A stretch of 64,000 nt of DNA. It comes from Octopus sinensis (taxonomy: Eukaryota). Below the pieces are notes generated by a model. That model was not told the DNA's origin and searched no databases. It saw nothing but the letters and a program-made list of their open reading frames with translations. Numbering within the stretch: the first letter of the stretch is position 1; every line of letters starts with the position of its first letter. The stretch spans positions 67,766,001-67,830,000 of the forward strand of contig NC_043003.1 of assembly GCF_006345805.1 (NCBI RefSeq), written 5' to 3'. A program made the translations under genes and the position numbers. Of this stretch, positions 51,784-64,000 are shown one piece after another.

Positions 51784-52989
51784 TTTCCGTATTATGCCGA
51801 CAATATAAATAACAAGTCGAGTTTTCTGGGCTGCCTTATATATTTGCATGTAGAGGAGTTATCTGAACTAATTTCTTTTATATCTATTATTATAAAATTG
51901 AATTTATATTAACATTTTCGATAAAGTGATGTTTCCAATGTTTAATTATCAAATATTGAAATTATGCTGCACTAAATTTAATCCCGAAGTCAGCAAGTTT
52001 AGAGCAAAAAAGGTTGGTCGATATGGTCAATTTCAGCTCTTCAGTGTTATTTCATTCACCATGAATCAATGACGGGTAAAGTTAAAGTCGGTTGAATTTG
52101 GAAAACGTAGGAACAAATGCTGCAAGGCTTTTCAACAAATTCTGTAAAGCTTCTGAGAGCCTGCTATTATACGAATTAAACCGAATTGAGTTTATTTATT
52201 TCAGAATGGATTCCTGATCATTAATACTTAAAAATAATGTTTCGCCTTTGGAGTGTGTAATTGGTTTTTCTCTTCAATACATAACCTGTCTGAATGCTTG
52301 CTGAAATTGTATGATCTCCAGGGCATTAAACTCGGATGTATTTTAACACAAGCTGTCATTAGCGATTTGATTTTTATGGAGAAATGGAAAGAAGTAATTA
52401 ACTCAATATACTACATCATCAAGCATGTGTTGAATTCACTACAAATGTAAAACTGTCATGTTCAATATTCAATGAAGCAAAAGCGTTATTAAATATAGGC
52501 TTCTTTTTCGCAAAATACACTCCGTACACTTAAAAGTCTATGATCCTTTACTACATAATTGTATCGCTTTAATTTAAAATTTGGGGAATACTAAAGACGA
52601 ATGTAACTAAAAACTTCCGTTTTATATTTGTATATTTATATGATGATGCCCTGTCAACGTGGTCCGCTTGGTGCTGGTTGTCTAGTCTCTGAGGTATATA
52701 TATAGGTTCAGAATTGTACTTTACACCAAACCTCGATTAATTGCATACATCGTCAGACATTATATATATATACAATCTGATTCACTACTTTTTATTAAAC
52801 TTCCTATCACTTTGAAATACCTCTTAATTATATCGACTACTAGTCAGTATGTAACCTCTTGTTTTGATGAATATATTTTCCACTTTGTTCGCCTACAATT
52901 TCCGAACCGTTGTAACAGTTAGAAAATTAATAAATGGCTATTAAGCTTAATTCAAAGTATATTTGTATATTTTGTGGGAATATCCTAAA

Positions 52990-53099
52990 TTGCTCCAATA
53001 TATATATATATATTTGTGTGTGTGTGTGTGTGTACACATATATATATATATTTATATTATATGTATACATATATGTGCGTGTATATGCATGTATATATG

Positions 53100-53147
<48 letters not shown>

Positions 53148-53450
53148 TATATTTGTGTGTGTATACATATATGTGCGTGTATATGTATATATGTATATAT
53201 ATATATGTATATATGTATATATATATTTGTGTGTGTGTATGCATATATGTGCCTGTATATGTATATGTATGTATATATGTATATTTATATATATGTATAT
53301 ATATATATATGTACATATATACACACACAGGCATATATATATATATATGCCTGTGTGTGTATGTGTATATATGTACACATACACATATATATATATATGC
53401 CTGTGTGTCTATGTGTAATTATGCACACACACATATATATATATATGTAT
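52990..53450. repeat. (TA)n/(TG)n compound microsatellite
   Basis: Visible directly in the sequence. Confidence 0.95.
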
Positions 53451-53474
53451 TTGTATTGCTTTTACGTCCTGTTC

Positions 53475-53750
53475 TTGTCACTTTTTTTAACCCTCCGCAA
53501 AAAATTTTTAATTAATTCATTTTACGGGAAGGACTACTTAACTTCGAAACACTCATTGAGTCGAAACAGGAGCAGCTGAAGAAGGGGAATGTTCCTTGTG
53601 TTGGTTGTCTTGTACTCTGTTTTTTTCGTTGTTAAAAAAGTCCGTTTCCTTGTTTGGTTTTATGTTTTCGTTTTTCGTTGTGTTCTACGTTTATTTGTGG
53701 TGTCCTGTACTCATATATGCATGTATATATACATATAGATGTTGGTATGT
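53475..53750 (+). repeat. interspersed repeat, homologous to 45495-45720
   Basis: Shares the blocks listed for the 45495 copy. Confidence 0.55.
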
Positions 53751-53788
53751 ACATATATGTATGTATGTATGCATATGTTTTATTTATT

Positions 53789-53830
<42 letters not shown>

Positions 53831-54368
53831 TCTATATTTATATAAACACATACACAAGTATATGTGGATAGATACTCATATGTGTGTATGAGTGTGCATG
53901 CGTACAGGTGTTTGTGTGTGTGTTTGTGTTTGTGTTTGTGTGTGCGTATATGTTGTATCTATCATAAAAGTGTCGAAACACGAAATATAATTCGTTTTTA
54001 ATGGTGGAACTTGATGTACACAAAATCTGTAAATAACACCGTATAACATACTGGGTAAAATAAAACACACAGACACACACGTTTACATGTATGAAAGTGT
54101 TTTTAAAAAAAATATATTTGCTACCTTCACAATATTTACACAATGATTCTATTTTTAAAATCTTATTATCTATTTATTTATTAACTAAATGAAAAATTAT
54201 TTACGGAGCTGAACTGTCACTAACCATTGAGGAAGTGGTTTTCATCCAGTGTGCATTTGTGTGTAAGCGCTTTCGCTGTTGGACTTTTCAAAGAGTCGAA
54301 TCGATACGCGTATGTGTGTACGCGTGTATGTATATGTGCGTATGCACAAACGCACGCACGCTTATGTG

Positions 54369-54407
<39 letters not shown>

Positions 54408-54408
54408 A

Positions 54409-54439
<31 letters not shown>

Positions 54440-54480
54440 GTGTGTGTGTGTGTGTGTGTGTATTCATATATTATTATTTT

Positions 54481-54685
54481 CTTTTTTCTTTTATTTGTTT
54501 CAGTCATTTCACTGCGACCATGCTCGAGCACCGCCTTTAGTCGAGACAATCGACCCCAGGACTTATTCCTTGCAAGCCTAGTACTTATTATATCGGTCTC
54601 TCTTGTCGAACCGCTAAGTGACGGGGACGCAAACACACCAGCTTCGGTTGTGAAGCGATGTTGGGGGGACAAACACGACACACAA

Positions 54686-54724
<39 letters not shown>

Positions 54725-54887
54725 CACGACGGGCTTCTTTCAGTTTCTGTCTACCAAATCCATTCAGAAGCCATTCGTCTGCCCGATGTTACAGTAGAAG
54801 ACACAAGAGACTTGCCCAAGGTGGGACTGAACCCGGAGCCATGTGGTTGGTAATGAAGCTACTTACCACACAACCACTCCCAAGCCT
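54481..54887 (-). mobile_element. long SINE (family A), full length
   Basis: Colinear with 4903-5310. The 5' end CTACTTACCACACAACCACTCCCAAGCCT is present. Confidence 0.9.
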
Positions 54888-55775
54888 ATATATATATATA
54901 CACACTCTCACACATATGTATTGCAGTATTTCTTTATTTCTTTTATCCCCATGCCAAATTGTGTTGAGCGTTAAGAAATATTGTCGGAACATTTTATTTA
55001 TATGTAAAGCACGCCTAAAATCTAACAAAGAATGCAACTGTATCGTTACAATTACACCCCGGGGAACGCTTAGACCATTCTGCCTGGAGGCTAATTTACT
55101 TACAAAGGCTAAGGAAGAATGCCAATCCGGTTTAATAATGTATCACATTCTGCGGGACTCTAAATATATATGGTAAAAAATAAATGAAAATTAACAAATA
55201 AAGCATTATTAACAGAAAAAAAAAACATCTGCTTTTGGCATTGAACGAAGCCAAATTGTGTACTGTATGTAAAAGCATGAGTCAATACAGCTTAAGAAAT
55301 GTATACCCAAAGAACAGATATAACATTGCCTATACAGATTTACTTTCATCAAAGCAATAGGAGATTATGGTACAACAGAGTTTAGACTGAAACTTGCGAT
55401 CACAAAACTGGAGATAGGAAATTCCTCATCACTCCACTATAAACTGCGATAGGTCTTTTTGTGAAATACGAAATGAAATTGTAAAATTTGATGGAGAATG
55501 TCAAGAACATTCATTTGAAGTTTAGCCAGAAAAGAGTTTATGGACATGTATGTGTATATTTATTTGAGTGTGTGCTTGTATGCATATTTCTATGTGTATG
55601 TGTGAGAGACAGACAGACACACTGATAGTAAAACAGAGACAGCTAAACAGCGAAAGGATTGTGTAGTGAGATCGATTTATAAAGATATTGATATAAACAT
55701 ATATTATTCCAGTCGAATGAATTATAAACACACCTGAAAACCTTGTGGGTTCGCAGACGAAACTCAGAGTAGCAT

Positions 55776-56075
55776 GTGACTTACATGTATAGCATAATAT
55801 GTACAAAGGGGTGGTACACAAACTTGGCAACGACGGACATAGGAGAGTCTGCCAGTAGTATCGCTGAGAGGATGAGTGAATGCTATCAAGAATTCAAGGT
55901 GGCAAAGACGTCGTCACTTCTAGACCAACATGCTAAAATTGAACATGGGGGGCACGGCAGATAACATAGATGTTAGAATCTTATCAACGCGTAAAACAGA
56001 CACAAATCCTGCACAGATTACGGTGATTTCACACATAATAGAAAATAAGCTACCTCAACAGAAAAGGAGATGGAA
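55776..56075 (+). mobile_element. Penelope-like element GIY-YIG endonuclease remnant
   Basis: YSIIC...DIGESASSIAERMSE...TSSLLDQHAKIEHGG, then after a frameshift IDVRIL...QIT....I. This matches the Y.I.C..YIGE..R...ER..EH...S....H...H layout of PLE endonucleases. Confidence 0.7.
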
Positions 56076-57016
56076 GAATAACGCACTCTCACTCCACCGA
56101 CCCTGCAACCCGAAACCTAAAGGCGGAAGGAAAAAGAAAATTAAATACATAAAGAAAAGTCGCGGGGTTAAAAAGTCTAATATACGAACTCATATACACG
56201 CGCAAAAGACACACATACCAAAATTTAAACACATTCTCAGATGCAGTAGCAGACGCATGCGTAGATACACATCTATACCACAGAAAGACAAAAAAGCAGG
56301 ATACATGAGTGGAGACATGAGGAACAGAATGTCACTAAAGAGGTCACAGAAAGTGTAACGAAAGGACTCTCACAAAACGCACTAATAGAAGTAAAGCCAA
56401 AGTCAAGATCTAACAAATAGTTCGTGTGGATTGTGGTTCATTTCTAATTTCATTCAAAATGAACCGCAATCATTTACAAGCTATGACCACAGTGAACTTC
56501 ATGGCATTCTTGGAAGTGTAGTCTATTCTTCGTTACAACAGCGACAGCATGAATTTTTTCCATCTCCTTGCTCTGTTAAAGTATTTGAGAAAAAGTATAT
56601 CGATGTGTCCAACTGATTAAAATTATATTTATATGTGTAACTGATGATAGCACTGCATTTGAATTGATGTAATTATTGCATTGTTCAATAAATTGGAGCC
56701 GCTCGAAACGATCCTACTGCATCACTTCATGATATCCTGTTGCTTCTTTTGATTTTATTTACCTTACTTCGAGTTGTGCGGATAATACCGGCCTGACTTG
56801 GTGCTTCAACTTAAGTACTTAACTCAACTATATATGTGTGTGCGTGCATATGTGTGTATGTTTGCGTATGTATGTAGGTAATTTGTTGCTATATATCCAA
56901 GTGTAAATCACAATCCTTTGACGAGCACTACCACAAGGTGATTTATGCATGAAGCGAAACTAACGACAAATATACGACAGAAAAAATCCGAAATATCCCT
57001 ACGTCATACAGGCTTA

Positions 57017-57051
<35 letters not shown>

Positions 57052-58989
57052 CATGCATGCATGCATACATACATACATGCATACTTACATACATGCATAC
57101 ATACATACATGTTTGAGTGTATGTGTGTGGGAAGAGACAAAAAGAGCGATAAATGGAAAGAGAGAGGCGGATAGACATACATAGTTACGTTACATATGGA
57201 TAAGGTCTTCAATACGTCTAAAAGTGAGAATAAATACTACGGACTCATTTTCCATTCACCGTATTATAGTCCTGGATTATTTTAAAATGTATATCATAAT
57301 AACATGAAAAGATTTCCAAAATAACCTATGACATGAGTTCCTGCACAATACAATGTTCAGAAAATAAAACGCAGAAGAGATTAGAGAATAAAAGAGGTTT
57401 GGTTATGTTGTATATGAATAAATTAATAATGAAATTATGCTTTCTAGTGTTGATAATAATCTTCAATCTTAAAACCAGTGAAATAATCGACTACGTTGTT
57501 CAGTCGTATTACTGATGTTCAGTTCCAGTGCGGATTGAGAGGATCTTTGATTATAAACGTTCCAACCATGACATACCTGCATTACTTTTCGAGACTAGGT
57601 TAGTATAATTTCCGAAGTATTCTACGTTTTTTTAACATGTTCAGATTGTAAAATTTGGTTGACACGGATCTCAAGAAAAGCGATAAACTGAGGTCTCTCG
57701 AACAGCTCGGTAGCCTTCTCATATTATTGTAATATGATGACAGTGATGCAAAAGAATAGAACTTTAAAAGTTCAATCAATTTAATTTTAAAAGTACATAG
57801 CCTAAGGTATCACGAGTCAACAAAACAAAAAAAAAACATTTGTTTCATATGAGATAAAATTAGCCCTGTCTACGGATTATTAACGCCGACATTAAACCTG
57901 TTTTTAGATTTTTCTACCGTAATTTTGTTTAGGTGTCGGCTTATTGTTTTCATATGTTTCAATTCCGAATATTCAAGCTTCACTAACTAAAATGTAGCAA
58001 GTATTTTTATATTATTAAAAGGCAACACACAGCATATAAGTAACGATACTATACAGAATTAATATTCACCTCGTATTTATATAAAAGCTGGACTTAGAAA
58101 CAATTGAAATAAGACTGTATATAGTTTACAGGTTCTCAGAATTGTTGTACGTTTTCCTCTCATAAACTCTGTTTATGTCATATCAATACGACAGGCCATA
58201 CTACTCTGATTCATTAAATTTGCCATGTTAGCAGCACATAGATAAGGTATGTTTGTGGGCTGTACATAGTCATTGATTAGGCGAATGATTATGATGCAAA
58301 CATGATAAAGGTGGGAGAAGACAGAAAGCGCCCGCCGAACCTCTGCTTCTCTAAAACATTGTTCTTTAAAAACGCATATACAGAGGTATTAACTCTATTA
58401 GAATTTAAAATACAATATATTTGGACTAAAAATTCCATACAATTATAAAACAATTTATACACAAATTGGAGGCGATAAACCTCTACAATTCTTCTCCGAG
58501 TAATTTTCTTGCAACTTGCAGGTATTCCTGCAACATCAATCCGGGTCTCCAAAAAAGAATTCTATAATTCTCGTTTTTACAGGAGTCAATTATCAGATCA
58601 CAGTATTTCACAAACATTTCACATATCAATAATACACAACATAGGTTTAAAAGTTACAACATCGTAGGTGGTGGGCATTTTTTGTTGCAATTTGTAGTCT
58701 GAATTATCTAAGCGCTTAAAATGAAAGCTGTTTGCAAAGAATGAATGCGAACACTTAAACGGAAAATGTCATGGATTTGTTTAACGAAACATAATTGAAT
58801 TAGAGAACTATGGCGGTCCTGTGGTAATTATGCTGAAACATATATCAAAGTAATATGATACAATTCATATGCAAAGATTTATTAAAACTTAATTGTAACA
58901 GAGACAGCAGACATGATAGTTTCTACCAGAGGTAGAGAACCTGGAATTTTCTGAGTGGAGGCTCAGTTGCTTTTATTTTCTTGAAAAAA

Positions 58990-59272
58990 TAAAAGGAAAT
59001 TGGCCCTGGCGGACTTGAACTCAAAGCGTAAAACTGGAAGAAATGCCTGTAAGTCTTTTGTCTGACACGCTAATGATTCTACCATTTTGCTGTCTTATAA
59101 ATATTTTTCTACTCTAGGTACAAGGCCGGAAATTTTGGGGGAGGAAGCCAGTCAATTAGATTGACGCCAGTACGCAACTGGTACGTAATTTATCGATTCT
59201 GAAAGGATGAAAAGCAAAGTCGACCTCATTGAAATTTGAACTGAGAACGTAAAGACAGACAAAATTGCCGCC
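58990..59272 (-). mobile_element. two family B SINE fragments
   Basis: CAGTACGCAACTGGTAC..TTTATCGA..GAAAGGATGAAAAGCAAAGTCGACCTC at 59105-59272, with a second partial copy at 58990-59098. Confidence 0.8.
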
Positions 59273-60681
59273 TTAGAAGCAGCTGGTTTACATGATGGTT
59301 TACATCCAGTAACATTTAGATTTTAATAATAAATATGATCAATGATAACTTTTTATACCTAAAAATTTTTTTTAATAAATTGCTTGACGAATGTATAAGT
59401 TGTCACGTTTAATTTTAGTTGAAATGTAAAACTAATCAATTGAATAAAATACACGAGAATTTTTATTTAATTTCTATAAGCAATCACTAAATATTTCATA
59501 GTAGACAAATTGTGAACTATGTAAAACGAGAGAGTACGCCAACAACATACGAACATTTTGAAGATATTCAGAAAGAATATTTTTCCGGAAAATAGGGGGT
59601 ATAAAAGCAATAATTGAAATATTTGAGGGGAGGTTTATAAAGACGTGACGAGGGATATTTACATGATAAGATTATGCTAGGATATATTTTTTTAAGAGTT
59701 ATGTGTGGATAGTGATAAATAATGATAAATACTGAGTAAGGAACTGCTATCTAAATCCTGTAGTTTTTCGACTACAATGAAAGAAGTGAATTGAATGTAT
59801 TTTTAATGTGTTTAGGAATATAAAGACAACAGAATAGTTGCTTATCAATCGGGCACAATAAATTACCTGAATAAATGCAATTAGAACAGCAAAGTACACA
59901 GATAAGCCACTATAATCAAATCTAATGATATAACAACCATTTGTGATATCAGAGAGCTTCCTAGATGCAACCATATGATGGATGTTAAGGTATCTCGCAT
60001 TGTTCTTCGTAAGAGATAATGAAACGACAGAGAAATAATTGAATTCGACACTTTTAGAATCGCAATTCAATACACTGCTGTACGCTAACAGAGAACTATG
60101 TATTTTGTTCTACGTTCTTCTTTAAATGAAGGGCAAGACTCGGATCATTAGGTTCTACACTCATTGGGGAAAATAAAGCAACCAATGCATACATAGCAAA
60201 CAACATATGCTTTTGAAATCCATGGGATTTCTTCGGATTTTGCTATTTTCCCATAATATGTAAAGCTCCGATCCGTGGCGATAAATTTCAGTATACTATA
60301 TAAACTGAAATAAAAATAATATATCTGAGAAAAATAAATGTTATCAGAAGAAACAAAACCACCAAAGATATATTCAAATATTTTGATAAAGTGTGTACTG
60401 AGTAGTTTAAACGGTGATATAATCCTAGATGTCATATTACAAAACCTTAATGAAAGCAGAAGCTAATAGTATAAAATATTCACAGAGATGATGAAATATC
60501 AAACTGGGAAAGAAATATATATCACTGCTCCTTCATTATTGTATCTTATGAATAACTTGTCCTTTATATAAAGCAGTTTTGTGATTTTCGATATACGGAA
60601 TTTTCTGATGAGAGAGAAAGAATAATGTATTTCAACAGCAAACACTTACAATCTCTTTCCTCTCTCTCTCTCTCTCTCTCT

Positions 60682-60750
<69 letters not shown>

Positions 60751-60936
60751 AAGTTGGTATGCATAAAATACTACAAAGCATAAGCGTAGTCAGGCGCTAA
60801 CTAGAACCCTATACTTCATCAGTTATCGACCGAAAATTACTAACTAGTTTTACAACTTCAGCGATAAAATGAGGAACTTTGTGGAATATCGTCCATACCC
60901 GCTAGATTTATACATTATTTGGGTTAAGGTATATAT

Positions 60937-60968
<32 letters not shown>

Positions 60969-61160
60969 ACAGAACATAGAAACGAGTAAGGCAACAACAA
61001 GCAGTTTGTATTTGTGTGAGGCTCAAGAAAAATGAAAATATATAGGCAGCGGTGGAATACCTATTAATTATCCCTTAAGGATCATATTTACTATTGCACG
61101 CTGTATTCCCAACAAAATATATCTAGGATCTTTAATCGACATTAAGCACATATTAGTTCT

Positions 61161-61194
<34 letters not shown>

Positions 61195-62557
61195 ACTCTG
61201 TCTCCCTCTCTAACTCTAATACTAAACGAAATTCTACCGCGCAGCTAACTTATATCCACCATCTTGATGACAAAGAGTATATCCTATAATATTTCTTGGC
61301 TTGTAATTAAGACTGGAATACTTTCCCATGGAAGTCAACTATCATATAATCTATGCTGCCGAGAAGCCCTAGAAGCTTTATGTGAGAATAAACGCCTTCC
61401 CATTAACAAATTCTGTGACGTAGTTACCTTCTGCTACCATACATTTTACAAATCTTTTTATCGTTACCACAAATCGATCTGATCACATCGACGGCGGTTT
61501 GTAATATTGCATCTATTTCAACGTTAGACTTTCTATTTCCTCACATATCTATTCGCTCCCCAACAGCTCTTCTGCATATCTACGTTATGTAGTTGCCCTC
61601 CCTTGTTTCTTTAAACGTTAAGCTTCGTTTGCAAATATCTTATTTATCTCACGAATCATTTTTTCCTTTTCTTTTGTATGTCTGTTGTCCGTACACCCTG
61701 TTAGTTACTCACCATCGTATTCCGTGTCTCACTATACACTTCCTATACAAAATACATGCAATAGACGCAACTGCTACAATTTTACAGATCTTATCTCATT
61801 ACGGTTTGATAGGGTTTAATATATTTGTCTTATATTCCCTATTCCTTCAATAGCTACCGATAACATATTTTTTTTTATCAACTGCTTAAATCTACTGTTC
61901 AAGAACTTAGTGTCTAACACTTGTATCCAGAGAGTGGGCCTCTTACTCCAGCCGATTGGCCATTTTAGAATTCCGAAATACTCTTTACTGTATTTTGCTT
62001 TCTCCTTATTTCTTTGCTCTTTGAATTATCTCTTTCTTTGAAGCCCAGCCTACCTGAAGCTGTATTTCCTTTCACATTACTATCATACAAACTACATTCT
62101 ATTTTCACGTTTTCTGACCTAATTTTATACCTTTCATTACAAGTAGTCTGTTACATCTCTCTCTTTAAGCAATTTATTAAAGCTCATATTTTTTAAACAA
62201 TAACTCTGTTGATACATTCAACATTAGCTTTTGAAGACAATGTTGTGAATTTGATGCTCCATGATACTCAAGTTATCTACATTCCTGATAGTTGATACCA
62301 TATTCGCCTATTTGTTTATGAGTAATGTCTTAAAATTACACCTGTTTACATAATATGCATCCTATCGCCAAACATTCATTGATAATTTGAAACAGATGTA
62401 AAGACATGATCACTCCAGCTAAGTAAAAAATATTATATAAATATATTCTTTTACTTGTAATTATCCGTCGTCGTCTTTTATGTGCATACATATACAAATA
62501 TACACACCCATGCATATATAAATATAGGTATATACACACACATATAAATACATATAA

Positions 62558-62592
<35 letters not shown>

Positions 62593-62595
62593 ATA

Positions 62596-62788
62596 GTGAC
62601 ATATATTTGCCTTTTGAATATGGCTAACCCCTAGGGGAGGATGCTACTGTAATTTGTAGCACCAGGAGGACACCTCCTCCAGCTGGCTATAGACACACTT
62701 TCTGGAGGGGGTGTCCTCCTGTGGCTACAAACTACAGTAGCATCCACCCTTAGGGGTTAGCCATATTCAAATGGCAAATATACGTCAC
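62596..62788. mobile_element. 193-bp palindromic element (MITE-like hairpin)
   Basis: Arms 62596-62682 and 62702-62788 are near-perfect reverse complements (e.g. TTTGAATATGGCTAACCCC / GGGGTTAGCCATATTCAAA), with a loop of about 19 nt. Confidence 0.85.
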
Positions 62789-64000
62789 GATGTGTTGCTG
62801 CTACTGTTTATAACTCGCTCTGAGATTTATCATTATATATATATATATGCAATGTATGTATGTATTTACATATAACATATGTGGGTGTATTGTGCATTAT
62901 TGTATTTGTAAAACCGGTAAAATTTAGAAATTGTAAATGAAATCAGGGATTATTGTAAACAATCTTGCTTAAAAACACGGACATTAGAGCAAAAAAAGAA
63001 CCCTATTCTGTTTTTGAATTTACACAACATATGAATAAAAATGAATAAAATTACGGGTGTCGCCTTATTCGGTTCTTGTGTAACTGTTGTGTCCATAGTT
63101 TGATTGGAGTCTTATCTTCAGAATGAAAAACCAGCAATTTTGAAAAGCGGTAACAAAAAACATTACATTAAAAACGAAAAAGACAATGGACAGCCAGTCT
63201 GATAGGATCAGTGACAGAATGTTAATAGCTATGTTAAGAGGTCAACGAAAATGATTATTGTAATAATCCCCATACTGTGTCTATCAATCGAAATTGTATG
63301 ATTTGCAAATCTAAAATGTTGTTTATTCTAACGCCGCTGCACATTATTTTGTTGGGAGAACATTATAATTGAAATATTTTTTTCTATTGTATTGACGTCA
63401 TTGAACACTAAATCATGAATAGAATTACTGTTACCGCTCAGATTTCTAACAAATAGGTCTAATGTAAATAATGTAAATAACGGATGTAATCAAGACCAAG
63501 AGTTTGAAATATCATACTCCTATGTTTACCAAATATATTATCGATATAATTTAAAATTCAAAATTATTGTTCTTAGCCGTATTTTGCCGTATTTACTCTC
63601 TCTCTCTCTCTCTCTTTCTCAATCTCACTCATTATTCCTCCTCCCCCTCTCTATTTTTCTCCTTTTTGCTCTCTCGTTATTCTCTCCGAGGGATAAATAT
63701 TTCCATAGAGGATTTTATCTTGTATGTTCTTATGCATACCATTTCACCCAGGATCGTTTTCCAGACTGATGTCACTCGCCACTCAAAGGTACAAAGTAGT
63801 CCATTTTTGTATTGATCATGCAAGATACGCCAGAAAATTAATGCCATCCATTCATTTTGAATAGGTCTAAATTTTTGGACTCGTTGGAATCATGTTATAA
63901 TGCTGTTTCGATGACTCCCACTGGAGAAGTTCCACCTATACACACTTGTCTTCGTTTTACAAGATGAAACATTTTCTTTTAGACTTAATGTCATGTTGAT

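Noticed and set aside
53535-53590. Type II hammerhead (GAAAC..GAGTC..CTGAAGA)
   Set aside because: Stem III is out of register by 2 nt and no stem I can be formed.
55930-56358. 142-aa basic ORF
   Set aside because: Its first part is the frameshifted Penelope endonuclease remnant and the rest is A-rich terminal-repeat-like sequence.
59747-60435. Two hydrophobic minus-strand ORFs with a DRS motif reminiscent of a GPCR TM3-TM4
   Set aside because: Hydrophobic, F/I/Y-rich translation is expected from AT-rich DNA. I saw no other class A motifs and no consistent splice or frame linkage. An HMM search would be needed to revive it.

Overview
AT-rich, repeat-dense eukaryotic DNA, most likely intergenic or intronic. 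The SINE families and long (TA)n/(CA)n/(GATA)n tracts suggest an octopus-like coleoid cephalopod, but this is an inference from recognition, not a database result. I found no confidently identifiable host protein-coding gene, and most listed ORFs are translations of microsatellites or SINEs. Supported content: about 20 tRNA-derived SINE copies from at least four families (several with clear target-site duplications), six or seven decayed Tc1/mariner elements (two with both TIRs, one with DD41D spacing), an RTE LINE 3' fragment, a Penelope-like GIY-YIG remnant, a full-length but mutated U6 snRNA copy abutting two SINEs, several foldback/MITE-like inverted repeats, a 30-bp minisatellite inside a SINE and a 484-bp hairpin-rich tandem unit. 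The most interesting signal is a set of hammerhead-ribozyme-like motifs. One lies inside a TSD-delimited tRNA-headed SINE (33224-33743), and two related copies at 24.5 kb and 6.2 kb each keep a stem I pairing despite different sequence. All coordinates and pairings were read by eye; ends of decayed elements are approximate.
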